Shown piece by piece: positions 17,871 to 27,784 of a stretch of 64,000 nt of DNA (position 1 is its first letter; each line of letters begins with the position of its first letter). Below the pieces are notes generated by a model that saw only the letters and a list, made by a program, of their open reading frames with translations, was not told where the DNA came from and did not search any database. The stretch comes from Methanomassiliicoccales archaeon (GTDB lineage: Archaea > Thermoplasmatota > Thermoplasmata > Methanomassiliicoccales > UBA472): contig JAJRAK010000057.1 in NCBI GenBank assembly GCA_028682895.1, forward strand, positions 48,778 to 112,777, read 5' to 3'. A program made the translations under genes and the position numbers.

Positions 17871-18281
17871 ATGTACATGGTCAAGCTCACTCCAGAGATG
17901 ATAGAGGCCTTCAAGGCCACAAGGTATTTTGCATTGGCTACGGCGTCAAAGGGCGGGGACCCTAATGTGGTCCCTGTGGGCATGGTCTTCCTCATGGACC
18001 CTGAGACGGTCTGGATCGGCAACCAGTTCATGCACCAGACAGTGAAGAACGTGAAAGAGAACCCCCGTGCCGCCCTCCTGGTGTGGACACCAGGAGTTCC
18101 TGGCTGTATCAAGGTCAAGGGGGACGCGAAGATCATCGACTCAGGTCCGGACTATGAGAAGATGAGAGAGATGGTGACAGAGAAGAAGCCGACACTGGTC
18201 TGCAAGGCCTTGCTGGCCATGAAGATCACGGACGTTTACGACTGCCGTTCTGGAACAGAGGCCGGTAAGCAGCTGCTCTGA
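17871..18281 (+). CDS. Pyridoxamine 5'-phosphate oxidase family (FMN-binding split-barrel) protein
   Basis: 136 aa with LTPEMIEAFKATRYFALATASKGGDPNVVPVGMVFLMDPETVWIGNQFMHQTVKNVKENPRAALLVW, which is typical of small PNPOx-like proteins. Confidence 0.7.
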   Translation: MYMVKLTPEMIEAFKATRYFALATASKGGDPNVVPVGMVFLMDPETVWIGNQFMHQTVKNVKENPRAALLVWTPGVPGCIKVKGDAKIIDSGPDYEKMREMVTEKKPTLVCKALLAMKITDVYDCRSGTEAGKQLL

Positions 18282-18427
18282 TCGTCAGGTGATTCGGTAA
18301 GGTCCGTAGGGACGGAAGGCCGCCTCTTCGATGCGATGTTCAATTGGTACAATGACGACCAGTAGGTTTTCGTTGAAAGAGTCTTAAAATGCAATCTATT
18401 TAGGGCTGTTGTCACTATAGGAATGAC

Positions 18428-19225
18428 ATGACCGAGATAGTACGTCATCTCATGAAGCTCGGGCTCAGCGAGTATGAGGCCAAGACATACTTGGCCACCG
18501 TGGCCTTGGGCGAGGGGACCATCAAGCAGATCAGCGATGAGAGCAAGGTCCCGCGATCGAGAACGTACGACATCATGGACCGGCTAGCGGAGAAGGGTTT
18601 CGTCGAGGCTGGCAATACCGTACCGCGATGTTACCGGGTCAACAATCCCACCGAGGCGTTGGACCATCTATTGGACGAGATAAAGAGGTCCAGGGACGAG
18701 GCCGCCAAGACCTTGGAGGAGATCAGCAGGCAGACGGAGAGGCGTGACAACCCCCTATGGACCATCAAAGGGGAATGGGCCATCGACCACAAGGTGGCGG
18801 AGATGATCGATTTAGCACGTAAGGATGTCGTCATAGTGAGCGAGGATGCCAAGCACCTTATGCGCTTCACCAAGCAGATCGCACGGTCCGCTGAGGATAA
18901 GTCGGTGACGGCCATCGCCAAGTACGGTCTTAACGAGCTACGCGAGTCCGTAGGGAACGCCAGGGTATTGGAGGTAAGCGACAAGATGATAGTCGCCCCG
19001 GACATATTGAAGAAAGGTGATGGGAAGCGCTTTTCCCGGGACCAGGACTATGATGTCGAGGTCATGATGGTATGCGATCATCATAATACCATAATCATCT
19101 CCAGGGAAGGCAGCGGTCGTAGAGCGATCGTCAGCAATGGCACCATACTGGATTTCCTCATCAACCGTGCTTCTGAATTGATAGTCGAGGACTCGCTGAA
19201 GCATGCGAGAACCCGAACGGTCTGA
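18428..19225 (+). CDS. TrmB family transcriptional regulator
   Basis: The N-terminal wHTH is LMKLGLSEYEAKTYLATVALGEGTIKQISDESKVPRSRTYDIMDRLAEKGFVE. A TrmB-type C-terminal effector domain of about 150 aa follows. Confidence 0.8.
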   Translation: MTEIVRHLMKLGLSEYEAKTYLATVALGEGTIKQISDESKVPRSRTYDIMDRLAEKGFVEAGNTVPRCYRVNNPTEALDHLLDEIKRSRDEAAKTLEEISRQTERRDNPLWTIKGEWAIDHKVAEMIDLARKDVVIVSEDAKHLMRFTKQIARSAEDKSVTAIAKYGLNELRESVGNARVLEVSDKMIVAPDILKKGDGKRFSRDQDYDVEVMMVCDHHNTIIISREGSGRRAIVSNGTILDFLINRASELIVEDSLKHARTRTV

Positions 19226-19343
19226 TGATCGCCCCGTTCGCACCGGTGCATATCCATATAAAAACGGAGCACTGAAAATCTATAAAGAAAAAAGAATGGG
19301 AAGTAAAGGGTGGCCTTTGGGCCACGTTGTCGGAGCGTTCATC

Positions 19344-22301
19344 TCACTTCTGCTGCTCGGTCTTCTTCTCCTTATCCTCACGGCCGATCCGCTGCAGCTT
19401 GCCCGGGGCCCACCATGCTTTCTTTCCCATGACGGTGAGGGCCGCCGGCACGATATACGTCCTGACGACCATCGCGTCCAGTAGGACCGCCACGGTAAGG
19501 GCGAAACCGAACTCCTGCAGCATGGCGTTGCTGGACAGCATTAGCGCGCCGAACGCGCCGCACATGATGATGGCCAGGGCGGTGATGATACCGCCGGTCC
19601 AGTCGGCCGCGGTGATGATCGCGTCCTTGATGTCCTTGCCCTTGTGGATCTCCTCCTTTATACGGGTGAGGATGAACACGTTGTAGTCCATTCCTATGCC
19701 CATCAACATGACGAAGAGGATGAGCGGGATGATCCACAGGACGGGCAGGCTCAACCAGACACCGAACACCAGATAGGTGAGGGCGAAGGCCCATGTTATG
19801 CTCATGGCTATCGAGAGGACCGCGAAGGCCGGCAAGAGTATGGAACCGAGCACCAGCACCAGCACTATGAATATGCCAATGACCACCAGTATCTCGATGT
19901 TGGTGAACTCCGATGATGTGCTCTGGCTCGTGTCATACAGTGCAGCAGTGGTCCCGCCGACCAGTATCTCGGACCTGTTCAGCGCGGATTCCTGACCTAC
20001 CTCGGCAGCCAGCATTTCCCTGAGCTCGGGGATGAAGTCCACCGCGCCCAGGCTCTGGGGCTCCTCGCTCAGCACCACGGTGAATAGCAGGCTCGAATTG
20101 TCCTTGCCCAGGAAGGAAAGCATGCCTGATAGAAGCTGTTCCTGCTCGCTCTCGGACATAGAGCTGATATTGCGATAGTCTACGGTCTCACCATATGGAC
20201 GTGTGATACTGGTGACCTTTCCGACCTCGGACTCTTCGGCTATGGCAGCGGTCACGTTCTCCACGGCGTCCAGATACTCGTTGTTGAACGTCCCATTGTA
20301 GATGGCTACATCGCTTACGAGCACCACCTGTGTTGGCGATATCGCTCCGGCACCGAAGTCATCGGTCATGACGACCATGCCCTCGATGCTCTCCGAGTTG
20401 CCCATCACTCCGATGAAGTCGAAGCTCGTCTCGGCCGTCACGTAAAGGTAGGTGGACGGAATGGTCATCACGATAGCGATCGTCAGCACTACCTTGGCGT
20501 GCTTGACAGAGAAGGTCGCGGCCTTGTGGAAGTAGTTGCGGTGACCGTCGTTCCTCTTGGCGTTCGCTTTGGCTACGAACGTGTCCCACCGCTTGCCGGT
20601 GGTAGGCCAGAACATCCTGTTTCCAACGAGCATCAGTATCGATGGCACGAGGGTCAGGGCGACCAGCAGGGCGATGACGATGGCACCGCTGATGATCAGG
20701 CCCATGGACTGTACAAGGGCGTAGTTCGCTGTGGCCATGGCCAAGAAGGCGATGATCACTGTGGAGGCACTGGTCGCGACCGACTCGCCTGCCCACATTA
20801 TGGACGTATGCACTGCGTCCTCCCTGTTGGCCCCCTTCATGCGTTCCTCGCGATAACGGGTGACGATGAAGATGGAATAGTCAGTACCGACCCCCATCAG
20901 CAGTGCGAAAAGCATGGTGGATATCATGTAATTGACGTCCATGACCGTGCATGCCAGCACATAGATCATTGCTTGGCTTACACCGACAGCTACACCGACC
21001 GCACCGAGAGGCAGGAATTGACCGACGAGGGTCCTGAACATATATCCCATCAGGACGAGTATGACGATGATGGTGATCGGTTCGATCATTACCATGTCAT
21101 TAGCGGAGCTTTCCTCGAGGTCGCTCGATATTGCCGCTGATCCGGTGACGTACGTATCAACATCATATCCAGTTGCATCAGTGGTGTCACTGATGATGGA
21201 CCTTATATCTGACACGGCATCGACGAGCGGATAATCGCCATCGTCCGTGACGTACTCCGCGTCAATGCTGAAGGACAGTACCATTAGCATCGTCTTGTCA
21301 CTGGGGGAGACGAAGTTGCTTAGGAGCGAGTTGGGGATCGCTACTGGATAGGAACTTATGGTCTCATTGGCGACGATGGAGCTGACATAGGCCGCCACCA
21401 CGGTCTCGTTGAAGTCCGGACCGAGCTCGTAGACGTCCTGCAGGAAGGTATCGTTGCCGATGCCGGCCATGCTGGCGATCGTCTGCATGGTGACATTATG
21501 GATCAGGGTCTGATCGGAAAAGGTCTGCAGATTGAAAGCACTGATGATGCTGCTCATGAACGCCTTCTCAGTATCATCTACAGGAAGGACCGCGATGAAA
21601 CTTTCAGAGCCGACGGAAATGGCGTTCTGGCACCTGGTCGCGGGGTTCGCGGTCAGTGTCGCATTGGTGGCGGTAGAGTTCCAGACGGCCATGTAGGACT
21701 GATAATAACCTAGGGCGAGCGCCTGCGTCTCGGTGTCCAACGAGGCGAGTTGCGTCTGCAGCTCGGCGGTCGTCATCGAATACGCCTGCTCGTCCCTGAC
21801 GGTGACATTGTCACTGCTGTTGGTATTAGCAGTCCACATGTACAGATGGGAGGCCGGGATGCCATACAGTAAGGAGGCGGTCAGGTTGACGTTCTCCTCC
21901 AGAGCGTACATCGAAGGACCTAGCTCTGAGATTGTCAGGCCCAGGATCATTGATGAATAGGAATAGATGGACGAGACGCTCTCCAGATACTCCAGGTCCC
22001 CATCCTCCAGTTCCTGTTGTAGCTTCAGGATATAATCCCTCGCTTCTGCGTCCGTCATGTTATCGGACTGGAGCACTATGAGGATAGTACCATTGGACAC
22101 TGAACTTTGAAAATTCTCTGTGATTATCTCTGTCACCTGCGTGGACTCGCTGTCCCCACCGGACGACATATCGGAATCATAGCTCACAACATCGTTGAGC
22201 GACAGCATCGCTGGAATGCTCACTAGAAGGGCGATGACCCATATCACGATGATGAGCTTGTACCTCTTTGTGACGATTTTGGCCAACCTATCGAATATCA
22301 T
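19344..22301 (-). CDS. MMPL/RND-superfamily membrane transporter
   Basis: Start chosen at MIFDRLAKIVTKRYKLIIVIWVIALL (ATG 22301, with a GGAGG SD upstream). There are two 6-TM bundles with a large extracytoplasmic domain between them. MMPL-type motifs are GVGTDYSIFIVTRYREE and GIGMDYNVFILTRIKEE. Confidence 0.85.
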   Translation of the reverse strand: MIFDRLAKIVTKRYKLIIVIWVIALLVSIPAMLSLNDVVSYDSDMSSGGDSESTQVTEIITENFQSSVSNGTILIVLQSDNMTDAEARDYILKLQQELEDGDLEYLESVSSIYSYSSMILGLTISELGPSMYALEENVNLTASLLYGIPASHLYMWTANTNSSDNVTVRDEQAYSMTTAELQTQLASLDTETQALALGYYQSYMAVWNSTATNATLTANPATRCQNAISVGSESFIAVLPVDDTEKAFMSSIISAFNLQTFSDQTLIHNVTMQTIASMAGIGNDTFLQDVYELGPDFNETVVAAYVSSIVANETISSYPVAIPNSLLSNFVSPSDKTMLMVLSFSIDAEYVTDDGDYPLVDAVSDIRSIISDTTDATGYDVDTYVTGSAAISSDLEESSANDMVMIEPITIIVILVLMGYMFRTLVGQFLPLGAVGVAVGVSQAMIYVLACTVMDVNYMISTMLFALLMGVGTDYSIFIVTRYREERMKGANREDAVHTSIMWAGESVATSASTVIIAFLAMATANYALVQSMGLIISGAIVIALLVALTLVPSILMLVGNRMFWPTTGKRWDTFVAKANAKRNDGHRNYFHKAATFSVKHAKVVLTIAIVMTIPSTYLYVTAETSFDFIGVMGNSESIEGMVVMTDDFGAGAISPTQVVLVSDVAIYNGTFNNEYLDAVENVTAAIAEESEVGKVTSITRPYGETVDYRNISSMSESEQEQLLSGMLSFLGKDNSSLLFTVVLSEEPQSLGAVDFIPELREMLAAEVGQESALNRSEILVGGTTAALYDTSQSTSSEFTNIEILVVIGIFIVLVLVLGSILLPAFAVLSIAMSITWAFALTYLVFGVWLSLPVLWIIPLILFVMLMGIGMDYNVFILTRIKEEIHKGKDIKDAIITAADWTGGIITALAIIMCGAFGALMLSSNAMLQEFGFALTVAVLLDAMVVRTYIVPAALTVMGKKAWWAPGKLQRIGREDKEKKTEQQK

Positions 22302-22453
22302 TATGGAACCTCCCTGCGAGAGGATTATGCCCGGAAAAAATCGTCTGTATATAGTCTTGTTGTCACTACAGGAATGACATAATTGAAAAAGATGAGCAAC
22401 CCAGAGCATGTAGGACTAGCATGATGGCCCGCTCATTGTTGTTCAAAATATCA

Positions 22454-23677
22454 TCATTGCTCGATGTTCTCATTCCGTTCGTTTGACGTTCCGTCGATGA
22501 AGGACCCTTTCTTCAAGGCCAGACGCACAGCGTCAGCGAACATCAGCAGTCCGATGAGGGCCAGGAAGAACCCGAGCAGCCAGCTCCCGTAAAACTCCAC
22601 CGGTGGCTCGGTCCCCTCTCCCAGGGCAAAGGCCGTGGCCAGAATCAATGGTATGAAGGCCAGCAATATGCGCCAGAATATCCTCTTGTCCTGAACGGCC
22701 CAGACGGAAAGCAGCGCCACAAGTATGATCCAATATCCGCCATGTATCTTGGGATAGAAGGCAAAGAACACCAGTATCATGAGGGTCACGCTCGGCCATA
22801 CCGGCCACCTCTTGTGGTATGGGTACAGGTAGGCGAACATCATGGCGACGCCGAGAACGCCGAGCTGGACGATGCTCGGGACGCCCCATCCGCCCATGTT
22901 CAGGAAATGCCATATGCTGGAACCGCCCGTAGGACGCTCGTCGTTCCCAAGGAAGTAGAAGTCCAGGAAGAAAGAGAAGTCGTCCCAGCATAGGATGATG
23001 AAAGGCAGGGCGATCAACGCCGTGGCCGCTAGGACGATGAGCACCACCATCATTCGGTCCTTCCAGTTGCGCTGCTGCAGGATATGGACCGGCGCTAAAA
23101 GGATGGGGAACATCTTGGTCCATATGCCCGCGCCCACGACGATGCTGGCCTTATGACGGTGTTGGAAGGCCATCAGCAGAACGCTCAGTAGGAATACGAA
23201 GGCCATTATGGACTCGTCCTCTCCTGTGCCGGACTCGATGAACGTGAACGGCGACAGGAGGACGATGGCCCCGACCAGGTACGCCTTCCATTCATCATGG
23301 CTGCGCAGGAAAAGGTACATTATGCTCGCCAGCAGGAAAGCGAAGAAGGAGAAGTAGGCGCTCCAGACCCAGTCGTGCTCGGCCCCTCCCAGCAGTTGCG
23401 CGGGCACCAGGATGTAGTTGATGAGCGGCGGCGTCTCGGTGTGGACATCGCGATAGAGGAGACCGCCGTCCAATATCGTCTGGGTCCTGTCCCGGTACAC
23501 GTCCAGGTCAGGATGGGACGTCTCGCCGAACATATCGACCAGGAAGACGTTGTCGATCACTATCACCGCTCCGTAGAGAACGAGAGTGATGACAGCGTAG
23601 AGGGCGATCTTGCGCGCCGTGGACATTGGCCGCACCTTATGTACGACCTTTCCGACCACATCCGCGACGGCGCTCAA
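22454..23677 (-). CDS. Polytopic GT-C-type glycosyltransferase (DUF2029 / GT87-like)
   Basis: 407 aa with about 10 TM segments. The first extracytoplasmic loop reads YRDRTQTILDGGLLYRDVHTETPPLINY, resembling the DUF2029 mannosyltransferase-family loop. This assignment is from memory. Confidence 0.55.
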   Translation of the reverse strand: MSAVADVVGKVVHKVRPMSTARKIALYAVITLVLYGAVIVIDNVFLVDMFGETSHPDLDVYRDRTQTILDGGLLYRDVHTETPPLINYILVPAQLLGGAEHDWVWSAYFSFFAFLLASIMYLFLRSHDEWKAYLVGAIVLLSPFTFIESGTGEDESIMAFVFLLSVLLMAFQHRHKASIVVGAGIWTKMFPILLAPVHILQQRNWKDRMMVVLIVLAATALIALPFIILCWDDFSFFLDFYFLGNDERPTGGSSIWHFLNMGGWGVPSIVQLGVLGVAMMFAYLYPYHKRWPVWPSVTLMILVFFAFYPKIHGGYWIILVALLSVWAVQDKRIFWRILLAFIPLILATAFALGEGTEPPVEFYGSWLLGFFLALIGLLMFADAVRLALKKGSFIDGTSNERNENIEQ

Positions 23678-23693
23678 ACCTTTCCCCGCCCTA

Positions 23694-24419
23694 TCATTTC
23701 TTGTTACGCAGTGCCTTGATCTCGTCCTTGTGGTCCTTCTTGAACTTTGAGAAGTCTCCTAGGGTGATGAACGGCACTGTGTAGAACTTGATGTACGATT
23801 TGCCACTGGGACGGTCGTAATGCACTATCGGCACCTCGGCGATCTTCAATCCCTTCAGGGCTGCCAGGGGCAGTATGAAGCGGTGCAGTCCCTGGTATCC
23901 CTCCGGGTCGAAACCCATGGCGACGGCCTTTTCCGTACGGAACGCCTTGAAGCCGCTGTTCTGGTCCTTTATGTCCAGCTTGAACTTACGGCGGATGATG
24001 AAACGATTGTAAGTTCTGGAAATGAACCGGCGTATGAAGGTGTCAGTGCGCTCCTTCCTCCAACCGGTGACAACGTCATAGCCCTCGTCTATCTTGGCCA
24101 GGAACATAGGGATCTGTTTCGGCTCGTACTGCCTGTCAGCGTCCATGATGATAGAGACCTCGCCTTTGGCGTTCTTGAAGCCAGTGCGTATGGCGTAGGA
24201 GCGACCGAGGTTCTTTTCGTGATGGACCGCTCTGACAAGGCCAGGGTGGTCCTTTGTCAATTGATCGCATATCTCGCTGGAGCGGTCGGTGCTGCCATCG
24301 TCCACCAGCAGCACCTCGCCCTCTATCTTCTTGTCAGCGTAGACGGCCAGTATGTCCTCGGTGAGCGGTCCGATGTTACCTTCCTCGTTCTTGAGCATCA
24401 ATATGGTGGTGCACTTCAC
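23694..24419 (-). CDS. Family 2 glycosyltransferase, polyprenyl-phosphate sugar synthase-like (Dpm1/GtrB type)
   Basis: 241 aa with VLLVDDGSTDRS and IIMDADRQYEP (DxD region). It is a soluble GT-A domain only. Confidence 0.85.
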   Translation of the reverse strand: MKCTTILMLKNEEGNIGPLTEDILAVYADKKIEGEVLLVDDGSTDRSSEICDQLTKDHPGLVRAVHHEKNLGRSYAIRTGFKNAKGEVSIIMDADRQYEPKQIPMFLAKIDEGYDVVTGWRKERTDTFIRRFISRTYNRFIIRRKFKLDIKDQNSGFKAFRTEKAVAMGFDPEGYQGLHRFILPLAALKGLKIAEVPIVHYDRPSGKSYIKFYTVPFITLGDFSKFKKDHKDEIKALRNKK

Positions 24420-25447
24420 TAATAATCCCTCTTGCAGTTGGTTTGAACCTTAGTTGATGATGCCTTCGATCTCCTGCTGTCCAAATACATGGCGAGCAGA
24501 CTGACCGGGACCGATAGCCAGATGGAAGTGATGGCGCTTAGCAGTCCGGCGGTGGCGGCCACGTTCGCGTCCAGTCCTGCGGCGCCGAACACCGCGGAGG
24601 ACATGACCACGTTACCGCTTCCAGCGGACAGTATGACACCGCTGAGCGACGCCAGGCTGGAAGCGGCTATGACCGCCACAAGTGTGACATCTACGCCCAA
24701 TGCTACGATGATTATGTAAAGACGGAGTATCTCATTGACCCATATGGCGCCAGTGAGGACCGAGGCCCAGAGCATGGGTTTCCATTCCCCTTGGTAGGTC
24801 ACGGCCTCGTTGAACGAATCGACCATGCCCATCATTTTTTCGGCGTACCTCTCCCCTTTCTCCCCCTTGACGACCCTCTTGAACAATCTTACGCCCCAAC
24901 CCGCGATACGCTTTACTATCGAAGGCTTGGCCAGGATGTAGATGAAGAACACATTGACGATCACCATGACGATGACCAGGAATATCAGGTAGCCACGGAG
25001 GTCGTCCACGATGGAGACCAAAAGAAGCAATAGGCTGGTCACGCAGAGGATGGTCAGCACGGCGAAGTCCATTATCCGTTCTGTGACCACCGAGGCCAGT
25101 CCCTTTCCTATCTTGACGCCCTCCTTGGCATTCATCTCCACGATGCGGGAGGTCTCGCCGACAACCCTTCCGGGAATGAGGTTGTTGATCGCCTGGGAAA
25201 GGGAGAACGCGGTGAAGATGGAACGGAACTTGACCTTGTTCCCTGTGGCGTTCATGAGCACGCTCCAGCGGTAAGCTTTCACGCACAGGTTGATCATGTA
25301 GAGCAGAACGACCAATCCGATGAGCGCCAGGTCCACTTGGCCCATGGCATCGCTGACATCCGCAGGGTTGGAATTCAGCACTACCAAGATGATAAGTACA
25401 GCTGAAACGCCCAGCTTAATTTTCGTCCCCAGGCTCATCTTTGCCAT
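24419..25447 (-). CDS. Flippase-like membrane protein (lysyl-PG synthase TM-region / UPF0104 family)
   Basis: 342 aa and polytopic. FSLSQAINNLIPGRVVGETSRIVEM is typical of the family. Its stop overlaps the start of the GT2 gene. Confidence 0.65.
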   Translation of the reverse strand: MAKMSLGTKIKLGVSAVLIILVVLNSNPADVSDAMGQVDLALIGLVVLLYMINLCVKAYRWSVLMNATGNKVKFRSIFTAFSLSQAINNLIPGRVVGETSRIVEMNAKEGVKIGKGLASVVTERIMDFAVLTILCVTSLLLLLVSIVDDLRGYLIFLVIVMVIVNVFFIYILAKPSIVKRIAGWGVRLFKRVVKGEKGERYAEKMMGMVDSFNEAVTYQGEWKPMLWASVLTGAIWVNEILRLYIIIVALGVDVTLVAVIAASSLASLSGVILSAGSGNVVMSSAVFGAAGLDANVAATAGLLSAITSIWLSVPVSLLAMYLDSRRSKASSTKVQTNCKRDY

Positions 25448-25623
25448 TCCCGACCCTCTTCCCCAGCCTTGCCGGACGTACGTCCGTTCATGCAGTTCGA
25501 TGCGTTGGCTGGGACTTATGACTAAAATGGCCTTATATCAAACTTTCCGATAGAATCGTAGAACGATGGTCGACCGGCGCAAGTAATGTAAATAGCGGTG
25601 CGGATGCGTGCGACGGTGAGAGC

Positions 25624-26061
25624 ATGAAGGTCCTGGTGATGTACGACAGCGTCTTCGGCAACACGGAAAGGTTGGCAAGGATAGTGGCCGATGAGATAAA
25701 GGGGAGCGGTCACGAGGTCGAATGCCGCGATCAGTCCGCGTCCGGTGAGGAAGACTTCGTCGGAGTCCGCCTTTGGGTGCTCGGCTCACCGACCAGATGG
25801 GGGCGCCCCAGGTTCCGCTTCACTACATTGGTCAAGAACGCGGTGAAGGAGGCGGGCAAGGACCACGACTTCGTGGCCTTTGACACGAAATACGAAAAGT
25901 TCCATACCGGATCGGCCGATCGATTGCATGACCTTCTGGTGAGGAACGGCCTACGGCCTTTGATGCCCGCGCAGCATTTCTTCATGGACGGGGAGGAGCT
26001 GCGACCGGACCAGGAAGAGAGAGCAAGGGAACTAGGGCGGACCATCGTCTCCTTGTTATAG
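25624..26061 (+). CDS. Flavodoxin-like protein
   Basis: 145 aa. MKVLVMYDSVFGNTERLARIVADEI is the FMN phosphate-binding loop of short flavodoxins. VLGSPTRWG is a second FMN loop. Confidence 0.75.
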   Translation: MKVLVMYDSVFGNTERLARIVADEIKGSGHEVECRDQSASGEEDFVGVRLWVLGSPTRWGRPRFRFTTLVKNAVKEAGKDHDFVAFDTKYEKFHTGSADRLHDLLVRNGLRPLMPAQHFFMDGEELRPDQEERARELGRTIVSLL

Positions 26062-26062
26062 A

Positions 26063-27430
26063 TCAGAGGACCGTGCCATCGACGGTCCCCATGTCTTCTT
26101 CCTTGTTCTCAACGTTCGTGAACATCAGCAGCACCAACGCCGCCAGTATGAACGCCGATGACATGACGAACAGCACCAGATACCCGCAGTAGGCGGCCAC
26201 CAGCCCTCCGACCAATGAACCGATGATGGCCGAGATCCCGCGTATGGAGTTGTACATCCCCATGGACTGGCTCCGGAAATTGCGGTAGGCCATCCTGGCC
26301 ACGAGCGCGTCCCCGGCCACGGCCAGCATGGCCCAGCACATCCCGGCCAGACCGTTCAATATGCACATGAGCAGGAACAGCGTGGTCACGTCCAGCGGGA
26401 AAAGGGTCACCATGAAGAACGCAGGGAAGATGAGCGTTCTCAGCCCGAAGGCCAGCGTCTGCAGCTTTCGACCACCGAGTCGGTCCACCAATCTACCGGC
26501 CACGGCGTAGAAGAAAAGAGAGACTATCGAGCTTGCCAGGTAAACCGCGAACACCTCGGCGCTGCTGATTCCAACGTAATCCCTCAAGAAAACCGGCAAC
26601 GCCACATAGAAGCTCAGGAAGCCGGTGAAGGCCAGGAGCACGACGACATAATAGCGTTTGAGATCGCTGGAGAAGTTGCTCAGACGGAGGTTCTTGCTGG
26701 ACACCTCGACTATGAAGAGAAGCCGCTGCGGCATGTACCGCATCTTCTCCATCAGAAACCCGGGGACGACATGCAGATCGAGATGGGCCAGATCCTGTCT
26801 GCTCACCTGCTCGGTAGGTTCCTTCATGTAAAACCAACCGAGGATGACGGATAGGAAACCAAGCCCTCCGGCCAGCATGAACAGCGCTCGCATAGGGAAC
26901 GCGTCCCCGTCCGTAGGGAGAACGACCATCCATATCGTTCCTAGAAGGAGACCTATCACCCAACCAAGACCGCCCACTCTGCTGAAATCGCCCAGTCGTT
27001 TGGCCCACTGGTCCCTGCTGTAGCACTCCAGCACCATCACCGTGCCCACAGGGGCTATGGCCGCCCCGAGGAAGCCGAACAGGAAGTTGGCGATGTAATA
27101 TTCGGATATCCCTTGGGAAAGGCCCATCAGAAGCAGTGACAGGGCCACGCCCAGGAACCCCATCAGCACGTATGGCACCCTGCGCTTGGTGCTGTCAGAG
27201 ATATTGCCCCAGAATATGGCCCCTGGAACGGAGGCCAGGGAGGTAGCGGCACTGACGATTCCCACCTGGGCCACGGTGCCTTTCAGCCCCTCGGTGATGA
27301 ACAATGGTATCAGGGCATTGGTGCTGCCCCCGGACAGGTTGTAGGGCAGGAAGGAATAGTACCACTTCTCGTCCTTGCAGCGGTCCTTGGCCATCGAGCA
27401 GGGGCATTTCAGACCGAACGAATAAATCAT
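26063..27430 (-). CDS. MFS transporter
   Basis: 455 aa with 12 predicted TM segments. It has an MFS-like loop (GNISDSTKRRVPYVLMG). The start may instead be MAKDR at 27394. Confidence 0.75.
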   Translation of the reverse strand: MIYSFGLKCPCSMAKDRCKDEKWYYSFLPYNLSGGSTNALIPLFITEGLKGTVAQVGIVSAATSLASVPGAIFWGNISDSTKRRVPYVLMGFLGVALSLLLMGLSQGISEYYIANFLFGFLGAAIAPVGTVMVLECYSRDQWAKRLGDFSRVGGLGWVIGLLLGTIWMVVLPTDGDAFPMRALFMLAGGLGFLSVILGWFYMKEPTEQVSRQDLAHLDLHVVPGFLMEKMRYMPQRLLFIVEVSSKNLRLSNFSSDLKRYYVVVLLAFTGFLSFYVALPVFLRDYVGISSAEVFAVYLASSIVSLFFYAVAGRLVDRLGGRKLQTLAFGLRTLIFPAFFMVTLFPLDVTTLFLLMCILNGLAGMCWAMLAVAGDALVARMAYRNFRSQSMGMYNSIRGISAIIGSLVGGLVAAYCGYLVLFVMSSAFILAALVLLMFTNVENKEEDMGTVDGTVL

Positions 27431-27445
27431 GCGGTGGGACCGGCC

Positions 27446-27784
27446 TTATATCGTACCGAGCAGCACGGCCACGGTCACTGCCAAGAGCACTGCGATAGAC
27501 ACCAATACGAACTGACGGTCCCTCTCTTTCAGGAACACGGACAGGGCACCGAACACCCTGGCCAACGGAGTGATGATCAGGAGCAGTATCCCCAGCGTGA
27601 GGAAGGCCAGCGGGTCCATCTCCACCAGCCCGGACGGGATGTCCTCCAGTGGAACTATCTCCGTGCCCTCCGCACCGGTAGCGATGCCCAGCGCGAGACC
27701 GACGAGCATGAGGGCAAGGCTGATCATCATGCCCCACCGCAGTATCGGCTGCACCACCCGGCATAGCCTTTCCTGCTCGGACAT
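27446..27784 (-). CDS. DUF1634 small membrane protein
   Basis: Start at MSEQERLCRVVQPILRWGMMISLALMLVGL (ATG 27784), overlapping the TauE stop (TGATG). 112 aa with 3 TM segments. DUF1634 is the usual partner of TauE/SafE genes. Confidence 0.65.
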   Translation of the reverse strand: MSEQERLCRVVQPILRWGMMISLALMLVGLALGIATGAEGTEIVPLEDIPSGLVEMDPLAFLTLGILLLIITPLARVFGALSVFLKERDRQFVLVSIAVLLAVTVAVLLGTI

